64,000 bases of DNA from Scyliorhinus canicula (Eukaryota): contig NC_052148.1 of the NCBI RefSeq assembly GCF_902713615.1, forward strand, positions 134,404,569-134,468,568, written 5' to 3'. A program made the position numbers and the translations under genes. Of the stretch, positions 24,824 through 38,048 are shown in pieces (within the stretch, counting starts at the first letter, position 1; the number at the start of each line of letters is the position of its first letter). The notes under the pieces were generated by a model, which worked only from the letters and a program-made list of their open reading frames with translations, did not search any database and had not been told where the DNA came from.

Positions 24824-25074
24824 CTTGCTGCATTCACCTGAGGAAGGAGCAATGCTCCGAAAGCTAATGATTTGAAACAAACCTGTTGGGCCTTAACCTG
24901 GTGTTGTAAGACTTCTTACTGTGCTCACCCCAGTCCAACGCCGGCATCTCCACATCATTACCGTACCAGCCTCCCCGAACAGGCGCTGGAATGTGGCAAC
25001 TGGGGGCTTTTCACAGTAACTTCATTTGAAGCCTACTTGTGACAATAAGCGATTTTCATTTAATTTTCATTTTT
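24824..25074 (+). mobile_element. Chimeric insert: Penelope-like terminal-repeat fragment with hammerhead motif, fused to a type C SINE tail
   Basis: ctgaggaaggagcaatgctccgaaagcta at 24838-24866; tail from 24960; the whole unit is bracketed by catata (24818-24823 and 25075-25080). Confidence 0.65.
24834..24870 (+). ncRNA. Minimal type I hammerhead ribozyme-like motif (helix I imperfect)
   Basis: UCAC-CUGAGGA-A-GGAGC(AAU)GCUCC-GAAA-GC-UA-AUGA: perfect 5-bp helix II and palindromic AGCU helix III. Confidence 0.6.
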
Positions 25075-26715
25075 CATATAGGCATGGGCTCTTCAGTATT
25101 CGACGAATTGCAAGTGAAACGGAACACCGGGGGTGTTCTCTGATGATTGCACAATGTGACCTTATGATGAAAAGGAGGTATTTAATGAGCAGCTGAAAAT
25201 GGTTGGGGCTACAACACTGCCCCGAGAAATTCCTGCAGCAATACCTTGAAGCCGAGATAATTGGCCTTCAACAACCATTTTCATTTCGACTGCAGCCAGT
25301 GGAGAGTTTTCCCCCCACAATTGGCATCAACTTCAATGCTATTAGGGTTCCTTGTTGCCACACAGTTAAAAAGGTGTCTTGATGCCAAGTGTCGTCATTC
25401 TCATCTGACCATAGATTTGGCTCTTTTGTCCATGTTTGGACCAAAGTTGTAATTAGGTATGAAGGGGAGGGTTCCTCGTGGAATTTAAACGGAGCATTGG
25501 TGAACAGATTATTGGAAACTGTTACTTGCTAGTACAGCTGACAACACTTTACTGATGGGTTAAAAGTTGCCGGATGGGGCAGTGATTTGTTGGATTGCAG
25601 TTATGCTAAATTTTGTGGATCTGACTTACCCAGGTAATTTTTCACCTAGTAGCATAGATGCCAATGTGTATGTACTCGAACAACTTGGCTAGGAGGCCAG
25701 CTACCTCTGGCAAACACGTTTTCAGCACTACAGTCCGAATATTGCCTTTGCCCCATCCAGTGCACTTAGCTGTTCCTTCTCCCAATTGCATTCTCTGAAG
25801 GCGGAGACCTCAGGAGAAGGCAGAGATTGATTGACTCATCTGGCACTTCTGGCTGAAGATGTTTGAAATTGGTTCAGCCTTATGCTTTACATTCACATAC
25901 CGAGCTCCACCATAATTGAGGATAAGAATGTACATGGAGCTTCCTCTTCCAATTATTTATTTGATTGCCCACATCGATTCACAACTGGATCTGACAGCAC
26001 TGCACAACTGTGTTCTTAAGGCACAACCAAAACTTGGTCAAGGAAGTTGGTTTCAGGGAGCATCTTAAAGAGAGAGAGGTAGAAAAGTTGAGAAAGAATT
26101 CCAGAACTTGTAACCCAGACAGTGGAAGACATGGCCGCCACAAGTCGGGTCAAAAATGGAAGAATGTAGACTTCTTGGAATGTTGTTGGAGATTAAATTG
26201 CTAGGAGGGCCAAGGCCACGGAGAAATTTGAACACAAGGATAAGAATTGTAAATTTTAGAAATTGCTGTACTGAAAACCTATGTAAATGAGCAAGCAAAG
26301 AGGTATTAAGCAAATAAGACTTTGTGCAAAGCACATTTATAATGAAGCTCTTACATCATGTAGGCACATCAGCAAGGCCACTGTCTTCAAACAATGTGGC
26401 ATTCTGGGATTTAATAAAAAAATCAATTTAATTTCTAGGTTCTGTTAATTTGCCCATAATTAGAACTTTTTTTTTAAACCTTTACCAGGGCACATAGATT
26501 TTAACTCTGACTAGGCGGCAAGGTGAACTTAATTTGAGGTAATTATTTGGCATGATGTATCATTTGGAGTATGATTCATGGATCTTTTATCGCCCGATAA
26601 TCAGAGTTAGAAGTATAAAACAAGAACCCACAAGAATTGTGAGCACTACAGATGTGGTGCTACAGTTTGGCTCACTGCAGTGGGAATCCTGGAGTTTATC
26701 ACTTGAGATGTGATG

Positions 26716-26935
26716 GGGCAGCACGGTGGCGCAGTGGTTAGCACTGCTGCCTCACAGTGCCGAGGACCCAGGTTCGATCCCAGCCCTGGGTCACTGTCCA
26801 TGTGGATTTTGCACATTCTCCTCATGTCTGTGTGGGTCTCACCCCCACAACCCAAAGATGTGTAGGATAGGTGGATTGCCACGCTAAATTGCCCCTTAAT
26901 TGGAAAAACAATTGGGTACTGTAAAACAAAAAATG
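26716..26935 (+). mobile_element. Short-tailed V-SINE
   Basis: Full head, core and A-rich tail. Confidence 0.9.
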
Positions 26936-27017
26936 TTTTAATCATTTGGGATGAGAAAAGGAGGATCCTTGGATCTGGTAGAACTGAGGGAAAGGAAGAA
27001 TTTAAAAGTAGATCTGG

Positions 27018-27527
27018 CATGTTTTGGGCATGCCCTAAGCTTAGAGGGTTTTGGCAGGGTTTCGCAAAGACAATGTCCACGGTACTCAAAACATGGGTGG
27101 TGCGGAGTCCAGAGGTGGCGATCTTTGGAGTGTAGGAAGAGTCGGGAGTTCAGGGGGCGAAGGAGGCCGACGTCTTGACCTTTGCCTCCCTAGTAGCACG
27201 GAGACGAATCTTATTAATGTGGAGGGACACGAAGCCCCCGACTGTAGAGGCCTGGGTTCCTCAGTCTCGAAAAAATAAAGTTTGCCTTAAGAGGGTCAAT
27301 GGTTGGGTTCACCTGGAGGTGGCAACCGTTCGTTGACTTTCTCGGGGAAAATAAAAATGTCAGCAGAAGCAGAACGCCAAGGGGATGGGGGCAGGTCTGT
27401 TGTTTTGTGGTTGGGGTGTGTGACGATTGTGATGGGGGTGGAAATGTTTATTGTACCATGTTTATGTCGCTGTTTTTGTTATTATTATAAAAACTTGCAA
27501 ATAGCCTAATAAAAATATATATTTTTT
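27018..27527 (+). mobile_element. 5'-truncated L1-like insertion with TSD
   Basis: TSD aaagtagatctgg (27005-27017 and 27528-27540) in a ttt/aaaa target; HMFWAC...WQPFVDFLGE relic; AATAAA near the 3' end. Confidence 0.92.
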
Positions 27528-27649
27528 AAAGTAGATCTGGAAAAAATCTCTCCACAGGCAAGGCAATGAACTAAATAATTTTGGACGAAATGTAAACTTT
27601 TCCAGACATAACAGTAGATAAAGTGCATGGCAACTTTAACAATTAACAC

Positions 27650-30600
27650 AGGGACATAGGAACAAGAGTAGGCCATTCAGCCCCCTGTGCTTGTCCCACC
27701 ATTCAATGAGACCATGGCTGATCTGTGGCCTAACTCCACATATACCTGCCCTTGGCCTAAATCCCTGAATAACTTCACTGAAGAAAAATCTGATTTAAAA
27801 TTAACAAAGTGTTCTGGCTTCAACTGCTGTTTGTGGGAGAGTTCCAAACCCCTACCACCTTTTAGACCAGAAGACCATAAGCCATAGGAGCAGAATTAGG
27901 TCACTCGGCCCATCGAATCTGCTCCGCCATTCAATCATGGCTGATATTTTCTCACCCCCATTCTCCTGCCTTCTCCCCATGACCCCGATCCCCTGATTAA
28001 TCATGAACCTATCTATCTCTGTCTTAAAGACACTCCGTGAATTGGCCTCCACAGCCTTCTGCGGCAAAGAATTCCACAGATTCACCACCCTCTGGCTGAA
28101 GAAATTTCCCCTCCACGCCCACTCTATCCAGGCCTCGCAGTATCTTGTAAGTTTCAATAAGATTCTCTCTCATCCTTCCAAACTCCAACGAGTCCTCAAA
28201 CGTTTCTCATATGACAAGTTCTTCATTCTAGGGATCATTCTTGTGAATCTCCTCTGGACCCTTTCCAAGGCCAGCACATCCTTCCTTAGATACAGGGCCC
28301 AAAACCGCTTACAATACTCCAAATTGGGTCTGACCAGAGCCTTATACAGCCTCAGAAGCACATCCCTGGTCTTATATTCTAGCCCTCTTGACATGAATGC
28401 TAACATTGCATTTGCCTTCTTAACTACCAATTGAACCTCCATATTAACCTTAAGAGAATTGTGAACAAGGACTCCCAAGTCCCTTTGTGCTTCTGATTTC
28501 CGAAGCATTTCCCCATTTAGAAAATAGTCTATGCCTAAATTCCTCCTTCCAAAGTGCATAACCTCACACTTTTCCACATTGTATTTCATTTGCCACTTCA
28601 TTGCCCACTTTTGCACAAAGTAGTGCTTCCTGACACCTCTCCTGAATGGTCTGTCCCTAATTTTTACACTATCCCCCCTAGTTTGAGAATCTCCAATCAA
28701 TAATTTATCTTTATTCAAACTGCCTTTCCTGTTAATACTTTGAAGGCTTTGATCAGGTCACTCCTTAACCTTCTGAAGTCTAGGGCAAACAGGCCTAATT
28801 TGCGTATTCGCTCCTCGTAACTTAACCCCTGTAGTTAAGGTATAATTTTTGTAAATCTACATTTCACTCCTGCCAAGGTCAATATACCCTCCCTCTGGGT
28901 CACTGTCCGTGTGGAGTTTGCACATTCTCCCCGTGTCTGCGTGGGTTTCGCCCCCACAACCCAAAAGATGTGCAGGGTAGGTGGATTGGCGACACTAAAT
29001 TGCCCCTTAATTGAAAAAAATAATTGGGTACACTAAATTTTTTTATTTTTTTTAAATATACCCTCCCTACAGTGTGGTACCCAGAACTGCTCTCAGTACT
29101 CCAAGTGGGGTCTAACCAGAGTTTTGTACAGCTGCAGCATGTCTGGGTCTTTATACTCCAATCCTCTACATTTAACAGTTAGCATTCCATTAGCCTTTTA
29201 TTATTTTCTGCACTTGTTTGTGGCAGTTAAAGATCTATGCAGCTGAACCCCCAAGTCTCTTTGGACACCCACTGGACTTGATCTCTTCCCATTTAGAAAG
29301 TGCCCTGTTCTGTGCGCTTTTGGTCAAATTGGATAGCCTTACACTTGCTTACTTTTAATTCCATCTGTCACAGTTTTGCCCATTCACCTAGTCCAGTGTT
29401 TTTCAAACATTTTTCCTGGGATTTACCTTTACCAATAAGCCGACCTTCGGGATCCACGCCGGCCGATCTTTGCAGCACACCATTTCCTCTTACCTTTAAT
29501 GCAGGTGAACCTGCGTGGTCCTCATGATCTCACTCCAATCACGTTCACAGGAGAGGGCAATGTGCACATCAGGTGCAGAATTCAACCAGTTCCTTTGTGC
29601 TGTCTTCATCTTTACGAAAATCCTCACAAAGATGACATGTAGGTCATTGTGAAGGGCAATAGCAACACAATGCTTATTTTACTCAGCACTGGATACTCCT
29701 TGGAGACACTACTCCAGAATGCTGACAGCCTCAAGGATTTATGACATTTTAATGTGTTGTCACAGGTGAGGTGCAGAAGTTCAGTCTCTTCGTTTGGAGT
29801 CAGCTGTCAGTTAATAATTGATTATGGGTTCTCAAACTCAGAAGGACTTTTCACCCATCTCTTCTCTTTCAAAATCTGAAACTTCTTCGGAAAGTAGCGA
29901 CAAAAACTGTTGATTAACGCAGCCAGATGCGATTAAACAAGGCTTGCCAGTCTATTATCATGTACTAAAACTGTTTTCTTCGATGTGGTGTAGCAGTGTG
30001 GGGAATGTTTTGGCTTTGTACTCACACTTGCCACACTTTCAATGACTTTTGGAAAGCATCTATTTCTTCAGTGCCGAAAGCAATCATCCCTGCCTTGCAA
30101 TTTGAAGTTCAGTTCCTTTAGAATTGAAAAAATATCTGCAAATAGTTAGTATTCGACTCTCATTTGCCAGTACTTCCCTGCATAAAACATGGGCTTTGCA
30201 TCCTGATTTGTATTGGCACAATTAACAAAGCCATACCTCAAGAAATCTTTATACGACTAAGTTTCTGATTTCAGTTTCTTCTTAGTAAGCTGATCAGCAG
30301 AGGCCCTGGAGCTCTGTATACAGCTCAAACTAGCACTGCTTTGTCCTGCCTTAGACGCTCCTCAGCAGCTCACACCAGCACTGCTTTGTCCTGCCATGGA
30401 CTCGCCAGAACATCTCTCCAGCATATTCAGTGGCAAGATCCTGGCCTGTTTGTCTCTCTGACCCTCTTCCTTAGAACAAAATGATCCATCTTCATTTCTT
30501 CATAGTTCTGTTCGCAGCTAAAAAATGGAGAAATCGCTCCTCCATGATTTCACACCAAAAGCACAAATGTACGGCACGTGACGTCAGTGCATGTACCAGG

Positions 30601-31935
30601 GGTGGGACCCTCTCTCTGGCGCCGCTTCTGGCGGGAAGACTGCATCGTTCGCATTTAAAACCCGTTTGCAACCAGCATTCTCAACTTAAAAGCTGGTCGC
30701 AGCCGGCATTCCTAAAAGCCAGTCGCGGTCGTTGGGTGTTTTTCCTGTGAAAGGGAACACCGCGACAGATTGCTCCATGGCCCTCCCGACGCCCGCCACA
30801 GCCCACCTGCAGGTCGCAACCCGCAGTTTAAAAACCCCTGACCTAGTCTGTCAATACCTGCTTGCAAATTTATGCCATCATCTAGACTGTCTATAATGCC
30901 ACCTAACTTTCTACCATCAGCAAATTTGGATATATGAATTTCTATGCTATCATCCAAGTCGTTAATGAATAATGTGAATAATTGAGGCCCCAAAACATAT
31001 CCCTGTGGTACACCACTAGTCACATGTTGTCAATTAAAGTACTTATCCATTTTCCCCATTCTGTTTCCTGTCACTCAACCAATTTCCCAACCATATCAAT
31101 AATTTGCCCTCAACTCCATGGGCTTCCATCTTAGTTAACAGTCTCTTATGTGGGACTTTATCAAGTGCCTTCTGGAAGTCCATATAAACAACATCCATAG
31201 ACATTTCCCTATCCATTAACTTAGTCACCTCTTCAAAAAATTCAATGAGCTTTGTCAGGCAAGACCTTCCCTTCACAAGTCCATCCTGGCTCTCCCTGAT
31301 CGACCAGAATTTTGAGTTGTTCCAGATTCTCCCCGTGTCTGCGTGGTTCTCACCGCCACAACCCAAAGATGTGCAGGGTAGGTGAATTGGCCACACTAAA
31401 TTGCCCATTAATCAGAAAAAAAAAGAATTGGGTACTCTAAATTAAAAAAAGAATTTTGAGGTGTTCAGTTACCCTATCCCCGATTATGGACTGCAGCAAT
31501 TTCCCCACCACAGATGTTAAGCTAGCCGGTCAGTAATTCCCTGGCTTCCCCATTCCACCCTTCTTAAAAAGTGGAATGACATATGCAATATCCCAATCCA
31601 GAGGGATTACTCCTGAATCTAGGGAACTCTGAAAGGTTATAGTTAGGGCATCTACAATGTGCTCCCGGACTTCTTTTAACACCCTCGGATGGCAATCGTC
31701 AGGTCCTGGAGATCTGTCACTCTTTAGTTCCATTAATTTCCTAGTTACTGATGCTATACTTACTTTAATTGCATTGAGTTCCTGTCCTCTATTGACTATT
31801 AATTTTTTTAGGACTTCCGGTTATCCTCCTTTTCAACTGTAAATACTGAGGCAAAGTAATATCCAACATGTCTGCCATTTCTCCATTATGAAAATCTCTA
31901 TTTTCAGCTTTTAGTGGGCCCACATTGCTCTTGAA
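27650..31935 (-). mobile_element. Cluster of CR1 LINE fragments with nested SINEs (28895-29054, about 31325-31450) and a hAT element
   Basis: ORFs 28170..28718, 30712..31023 (GVPQG.VLGPQLF..FINDLD..KFAD), 31043..31408 (YMDFQKALDKVPH) and 31530..31733 (SPGPD). Confidence 0.9.
29394..30840 (-). mobile_element. Internally deleted hAT DNA transposon, Buster/Charlie (ZBED5-like) group
   Basis: 8-bp TSD acctagtc (29386-29393 and 30841-30848, central TA); TIRs cagtgtttttcaaac / caggggtttttaaac; minus-strand relics FLRYGF, CREVLANES (BED finger) and FWSSVSKEYPVLSKISIVLLLPFTMTY...KTAQRNWL (hAT dimerisation domain). Confidence 0.93.
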
Positions 31936-32729
31936 GTTATACAAGCATAAAAATATCAAATACACCATCATTCATGTCAAAACATTTCTTCAATAATTCA
32001 AAAGTTCATGCTTTTATGCTATTTTCATGCAAGTGTTGTGAAGATGGCACCACTCTACTAAAATAGCTTGTAAAGAAGTCCTTTAGACTGCAACGGCAAT
32101 ATCAATGAGAACTATTTTTCTTTGCACTGACACTTAACTTTTAATGCAACTGAACCTAGTGTCAGAGCCTGACCAGATTTCTTGGAGGGCAATATTACTC
32201 TCCTTTTGAGACACTTTAGACCAAATTTATATTGATGGTTTGCATTTCCACAAAGGAACTTTGATTTTACATAAAATGTTACCCAGAAGTTACCTCAGGT
32301 TTTCTACTCAGGGACAGTGAAGCAAGCCATTTTTTGTAGAATTAAGTACTCAAAATTCTATTTTTAATGGGCCAATCAAAAAGATGCAATGTCAGGAAAC
32401 AAAAACAAAGTGTGACAGATACAAAATACGTAGTAATGCACATTTAAAATGTCACTAGGAAATCTCCTGCAGCTTTGCTAATGGCAATTCAGATGGCGTG
32501 GTGTTTCAGAAATAAATGGGCCACCAATACTGGTCTGTTATTCTTGAGGCTACAGCGTCTAAGTGCTTTTAAGAGAACACCAGTTAGATTTAAAGTTCAA
32601 CTGCCATTCACGTTGCAAGTCAGAACTCAGGCTTTCTTTCACTTAAAAAAAAGATGAGATCAGTAAACTCCATCAGAAGTTAGACATGCTAATAAATCAG
32701 ATGAAACTAGATGCTATAAAAATAATAAA

Positions 32730-35700
32730 AGGACAAAACTAAAGGCTCTGCATCTAAACGCACCAAGCATTCGAAACAAAACAGATGAACTGAGAGCACA
32801 AATTTAATTTAATAAATACAAATCGGATAGCCATTATAGAAACATGGCTACAGAATGACTGAACTGAATATTGATGCGTATGTGACATTTCGGAAGGACA
32901 AGAAGTGAAAAGGTGGAGGAATATCTGTTAATTAATTATGTTTTAGCACATTAGAGAGAGATGATCTAAGTTAGGACAGAGTATAAAAGAAACAATGGAT
33001 GCTGGTCAGAAAGGTACAGCAATAATCATGGGGGATTTTAATCTACATATAGATTGGAAGATAACAGGTGGACAATGGCAACATGGGTGAGGAACTCAAA
33101 TGTTTTAAAGATAGTTCCTTACAACAGCATGTTCTGAAACCAATCACAGGGCAGGCAATACTAGATCTGGTATTGTGCAATAAGATAGGATTAATTGACA
33201 ACCTCAGTGAAGGCATTCTTAGATAGCAGCGATCATAATATGGCTGAATTTTACATTCAGTTTGAGGGAGAGAAGAGTGCGTCCAGGATAAGAGAATGAA
33301 TGTGGAGCTAGCTAAAGTGAACTGGCAAATGTGCTTCAGGGAAAGATCAATAGAGGTTCAGTGGCAGACATTCAAAGGGATATTTCAGAATACACCGAAT
33401 AGGCACATTCCAATGAGAGAAAAATTCCAAGGGGAAGACTCATCATCCATGGCTAACTAAAAAGTTAAAGATAGTATTAAATTTAAAACAAACACACATA
33501 TTTGCACAAAGTCAGAAGATTGGAAAGAATATAAATAACAGCAAAGAATGATCAAAAGATTGCTACGGTGGTAAAAATTAAAAGTACAAGGGAAAGCTAG
33601 CTAAAATGAATAATAAAAGTTTCTACAGATATTTAAATAATGGGTGACATGTGGTGCAGTGGTTAACACTGCAGCCTACAGTGCTGAGGACTCGGGTTCA
33701 AATCCCGGCCCTGGGTCACTCTCCCTGTGGAGTTTGCACATTCTCCCCATGTCTGCGTGGGTTTCACCCCCACAACCCAAAGATGTGTAGGTTAGGTGGA
33801 TTGGCGATACTAAATTGCCCCTTAATTGGAAAAAAATAATTGGGTACTCTAAATTTAAATATATATATATTTACATAAGGGTTAAAGTGAGCATTGGTCC
33901 TACAGAAAGTACATCTGGGGAATTGATAATGAAAAGTAGGGTGATGGTAGATGAATTAAAATAGGTATTTTGTATCAGCCTTCACTGTACAGGACACAAG
34001 TAACATCCCAGAAATAGCTGTAAATCAGGAAATGGAAGGGAGAGAGGAACTCAAGAAAATTATCACCACGGAAGTGGTATGGAGAAAATTGTTGGCTCTG
34101 CGGGCTGACAGGTCCCCTGGTCCGGATGAAATTCACCTTAAAGTCTTGAAAGAAGGGCTAATGATATTTTTGACGCATTGATTTTAATTTTCAAAAATTC
34201 TCTAGATTCAGGGAAAGTACCATTAGATTGGAAGAGAGCAAATGTAACCACTTTATTCAAAAAGGGAGGGACACAGAAAGCAAGAATCTATCGGCCAGTT
34301 AACCTAATATCTGTCATCAGGAAAATGTTAGAGGCCATTATTAAAAATGTGATAGCAGAGCACTTGGAAAAATGCACGGCAATCAGGCACTGTCAACATG
34401 GTTTTGCTAAAGTGAAACTGTGTTTTAACAAATTTATCGGAGTTCTTTGAAAAAGTCACATGTGTTGCGGATAAAGAGAAACTGGCGGGTGTACTGTACT
34501 TAGATTGTCAAAGGCATTTGGTAAAGTGCCCCATCTAAGGTTATTGCAGAAAATAAAAGCTCATGATATGAGAGGTAACATATTGGCATGGATAGAAGAT
34601 TGGCTGGCTAACAGGAAAACAGTTGCCATAAGTGGGTCCTTTTGGTTGACAGGTTGCGACGAGTGCCACAGGGATCGGTGCTGGAACCTCATTTTTTCAA
34701 TTTATATAAATGACTTGGATGAAGGGACTGAAGGTACGGTAGCTACATTTGCCGATGACACGAAGATAGGTCGGAAGTTCAATTGTGAAGAGGATGCAAT
34801 GAAGCTACAAAAGAGACATGGATAGGTTAACTGACTGCGCAAAGATCTGGCAAATTAACTATGATGTGGCCAAATGTGAAATTCTCCATTTTGGCAGGAA
34901 GAATAAAAAAGATTATCTGTATGGTGAGAGATTGAAGAGCTCTCAGATGCAGAATGATCTGGGTGCCCTTGTGCATGAATCACAAAAGGTTAGCATGCAG
35001 GTACAGCAAGTAATTTACCTCCTGATTCCTCAAAGCCTTTCCACCACTACAAGTCAGGAGTGTGATGGAGTACTTCCCACTTGCCTGGATGAGTGCAGCT
35101 CCAATAACACAAGAAGCTTTACAACATTCAGGATAAAGCAGCCTGCTTGATTGACACCCCTTCCACAAATATTCACTCCCTCCACCACCGACGCACATTA
35201 GCAGCAGCGTGTACCGTCTACACGGTGCACTGCAGGAACTCACCAAGGCTCCTCAGGTAGCACCTTTCCAAACCCACGATCACTACTACCACCTAGAAAG
35301 ATAACGGCAGCAGATACATAGAAATACCACCACCTGGAAGTTTCCCTCCAAGTCGCTCACCATCCCAACTTGGAAATATATAGCCGTCGCTTCACTGTCG
35401 CTGGATCTAAATCCTGGAACTCCCTTCCTCAGTAGGTGTACCTGCACCACATGGACTGCAGCGGTTCAAGAAGGCAGCTCACCACCACCTTCTCAAGGGT
35501 AATTAGGGATGGGCAACAAATGCTGGCCCAGCCAGCAAAACCACACCCCACAAAATTGAATTTTTAAAAAAGTAATTTGGAAAGCTAGAGTGTTATCGTT
35601 TATTGGGAAGGGAATTGATTACAAGAGTATGGAGGTTACACTTCAGTTATTGGTGAGACCACATCTGGAGTACTGTGCACAGCATGGTCTCTTTATTTAA

Positions 35701-36595
35701 AGGAAGATGCAAATGTGTTAGAAACAGTTCAGAGAATGTTTATTAGACTAATACCAGGAAGTCTAATGAGGAAAGGCTGGACAGGTTAGGTTTGTATCCA
35801 CTAGAGCTTAGAAGAGTAACAGGCGACTTGATCCAAACTATTAAGATCCGAAGGGCCTGTTCTGTGCTGTACTGTTCTATGTTCTATCACCAGAATGACA
35901 GGGAGTGGGATAGCTTGATCTTGGTTTCGGACAATGCTCGGCACAACATCGAGGGCCGAAGGGCCTGTTCTGTGCTGTACTGTTCTATGTTCTATCCTGA
36001 GAGGCCATGACAGATGGATGTGGAGAGGATGTTTCCTCTTGTTGGAGAATCTAGAACTAGGGGTCACTGTTTCAAAATAAGGAGTCATTCAGTCAGAGAG
36101 ATGAGGAGAAATATTTTTTCAGAGGGTCGAGTGTCTCTGGAGCTCTCTTCCTTTAGAGGCAGTGCAAGCAGAGTCTTTGAGGATTTTTTAAGGCAGAGCT
36201 AGATAGATTGTTGAATACAAAAGTGGTCAAATGTTACCCAGGGGTGGGGAGGGCAAGAATGTGGGGTTGAGGGTAGCATAATGATGCAGTGGATAGCACT
36301 GCTGCCTCACGGCGCCGAGGTCCCAGGTTCAATCACGGCTCGTGGTCACTGTCTGTGTGGAGTTTGCACATTCTCCCGTGTTTGCATGGGTTTCACCCCC
36401 ACAACCCAAAAATGTGCAGGCTAGGTAGATTGACCATGTTAAATTGCCCCTTAATCGGAAAAAAATGAATTGGGTACTGTAAATTTATTTTTTAAAAAGA
36501 ATGTGGGGTTGAAGGTTACAATTCAACCAGCCACGATCGTATTAAATGATAGAGCAGGCTAGGGGTCCGGATTACTCCTAATTTGTATGTCCACA
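32730..36595 (+). mobile_element. Long degenerate CR1 LINE (APE + RT + 3' UTR) with nested V-SINEs (about 33642-33860, 36271-36496), a Zenon-like 3' fragment (35010-35565) and tail fragments (35848-35995)
   Basis: Relics [47 protein letters not shown]; SINE TSD aagaatgtggggttga (36255-36270 and 36497-36512). Confidence 0.88.
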
Positions 36596-37739
36596 TGTTT
36601 TCTCACCAGAACTGTGAAGTTTAGGGGGAAGGCCGAAGGCATTGTAAGCTTCAAGTCCAATTTGCTGAATGTGATCAATCCTGCAGTCAGAGATTTCTTA
36701 AATGAATCTAACCCAGCATTTCCATCTCTTGAAGAATAACCTACACAATCGTCCTTCATCTTTATATCGAGACCACTGAATTCAGCATGAAGTCAGCTGA
36801 GTCACCAAACTACAGATTGTATACTTGTTTCCTTTTTTTCAAACAAAAGCACTAATTTAGCCAATCTATCCTTCCCCATTCTTAATTTGTATTTGGTGTC
36901 TGTTTGAACTCTCGAGTGTGCACGCACAAAGTCAGTGCATATTTTATTATTTTACTTAAGATCAGTTTTACGTATAATGAAGCCAACCTCTTTCTTTGTT
37001 AAACTCCAGAAACCCTGTCATTTTGGCTCAGAGCATGGCACATAAACAGCTAAAAGTGTTCACTGAATTGCAAAGTATACCCATTTCAAAAAAAAAAATT
37101 GTTGCAGTCATATGAGAAGAGAATACAGGAGAGAGCTATTTGACCTCTCCTCATCTGGTTGCAACAATGCTTAAGAATTTATTTTACAACTGGCATGCAT
37201 TAACAAGCATAACAGCTCTAAAATTATCTAACAACAGCACACCAAGACACACGTGTATCTACTGATTCCCCACACAGTCAGTTTCCCAATCTCAGCTGTG
37301 TGCTTTTGAAATCTAATCCAGGCAAATCACCAATCAGAAGACATCTTTAGGAAAGCTTTTTCTGGTTCCTCTCAGAAATACACTGGCAGGATAAAGAGTT
37401 GCAAGGATGGAAGCTGCTCTCCAATTCATCCAGTTATGAAAGTCACACTTCACAGGGAGACAATAGAAAAAAAGAAACAAAATTATATTTCGGAAATTCA
37501 AAAATGTTGAATCTTCATTTTGCATGCTCTCCTAATATTTGGTTGCCTCGCAGTATCTTGCTCATCTATTAATTTCCCATAACAATTATATAAGTTGCAG
37601 CTACAACAGCAGTTCTATGTCCTATAATACAAGAGCTATTCTACTAGATCACGATTGACAGGGTCCTTCAACTCATTTGGCTCCATACCTCTGGATATCT
37701 CTACAAAAATCTATAGAATCAATTTTAGACATTGCAATT

Positions 37740-38048
37740 AATAATAATAATAATAATAATCTTTATTATTGTCACAAGTAGGCTTACAACACTTTCTGTG
37801 AAAATCCCCTAGTCACCACACTCCGGCGCCTGTTCGGGTACACTGAGGAAGAATTCAGAATGTCCAATTCACCTAACAAGGACATCGTTCGGGACTTGTG
37901 GGAGGAAACTGGAGCACCTGGAGGAAACCCACGCAGACACGCGGAGAATGTGCAGATTCCGCACAGATAGTGACCCAAGCCGGGAATTGAACCAGGGACC
38001 CTGGCGGTGTGAAGCAACAGTGCTAGCCACTGTGCTGCTGTGCCGCCC
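37740..38048 (-). mobile_element. Type C V-SINE, full length; a second copy lies at about 38570-38843
   Basis: (AAT)n plus the reverse complement of tail, core and head. Confidence 0.9.

Larger units (their letters stand above)
24070..26005 (-). mobile_element. Degenerate CR1-Zenon-like LINE fragment
   Basis: Reverse complement of the tail (caattacc...ggtggtggtgagcc) and RT relics shared with 4030-5370 and 55625-57175. Confidence 0.75.

Noticed and set aside
36606-36740. Possible cryptic minus-strand exon (tag|GTTATT...CTG|gtgaga) in ORF 36559..36759
   Set aside because: No pyrimidine tract and no recognisable protein similarity; it would need RNA-seq support.
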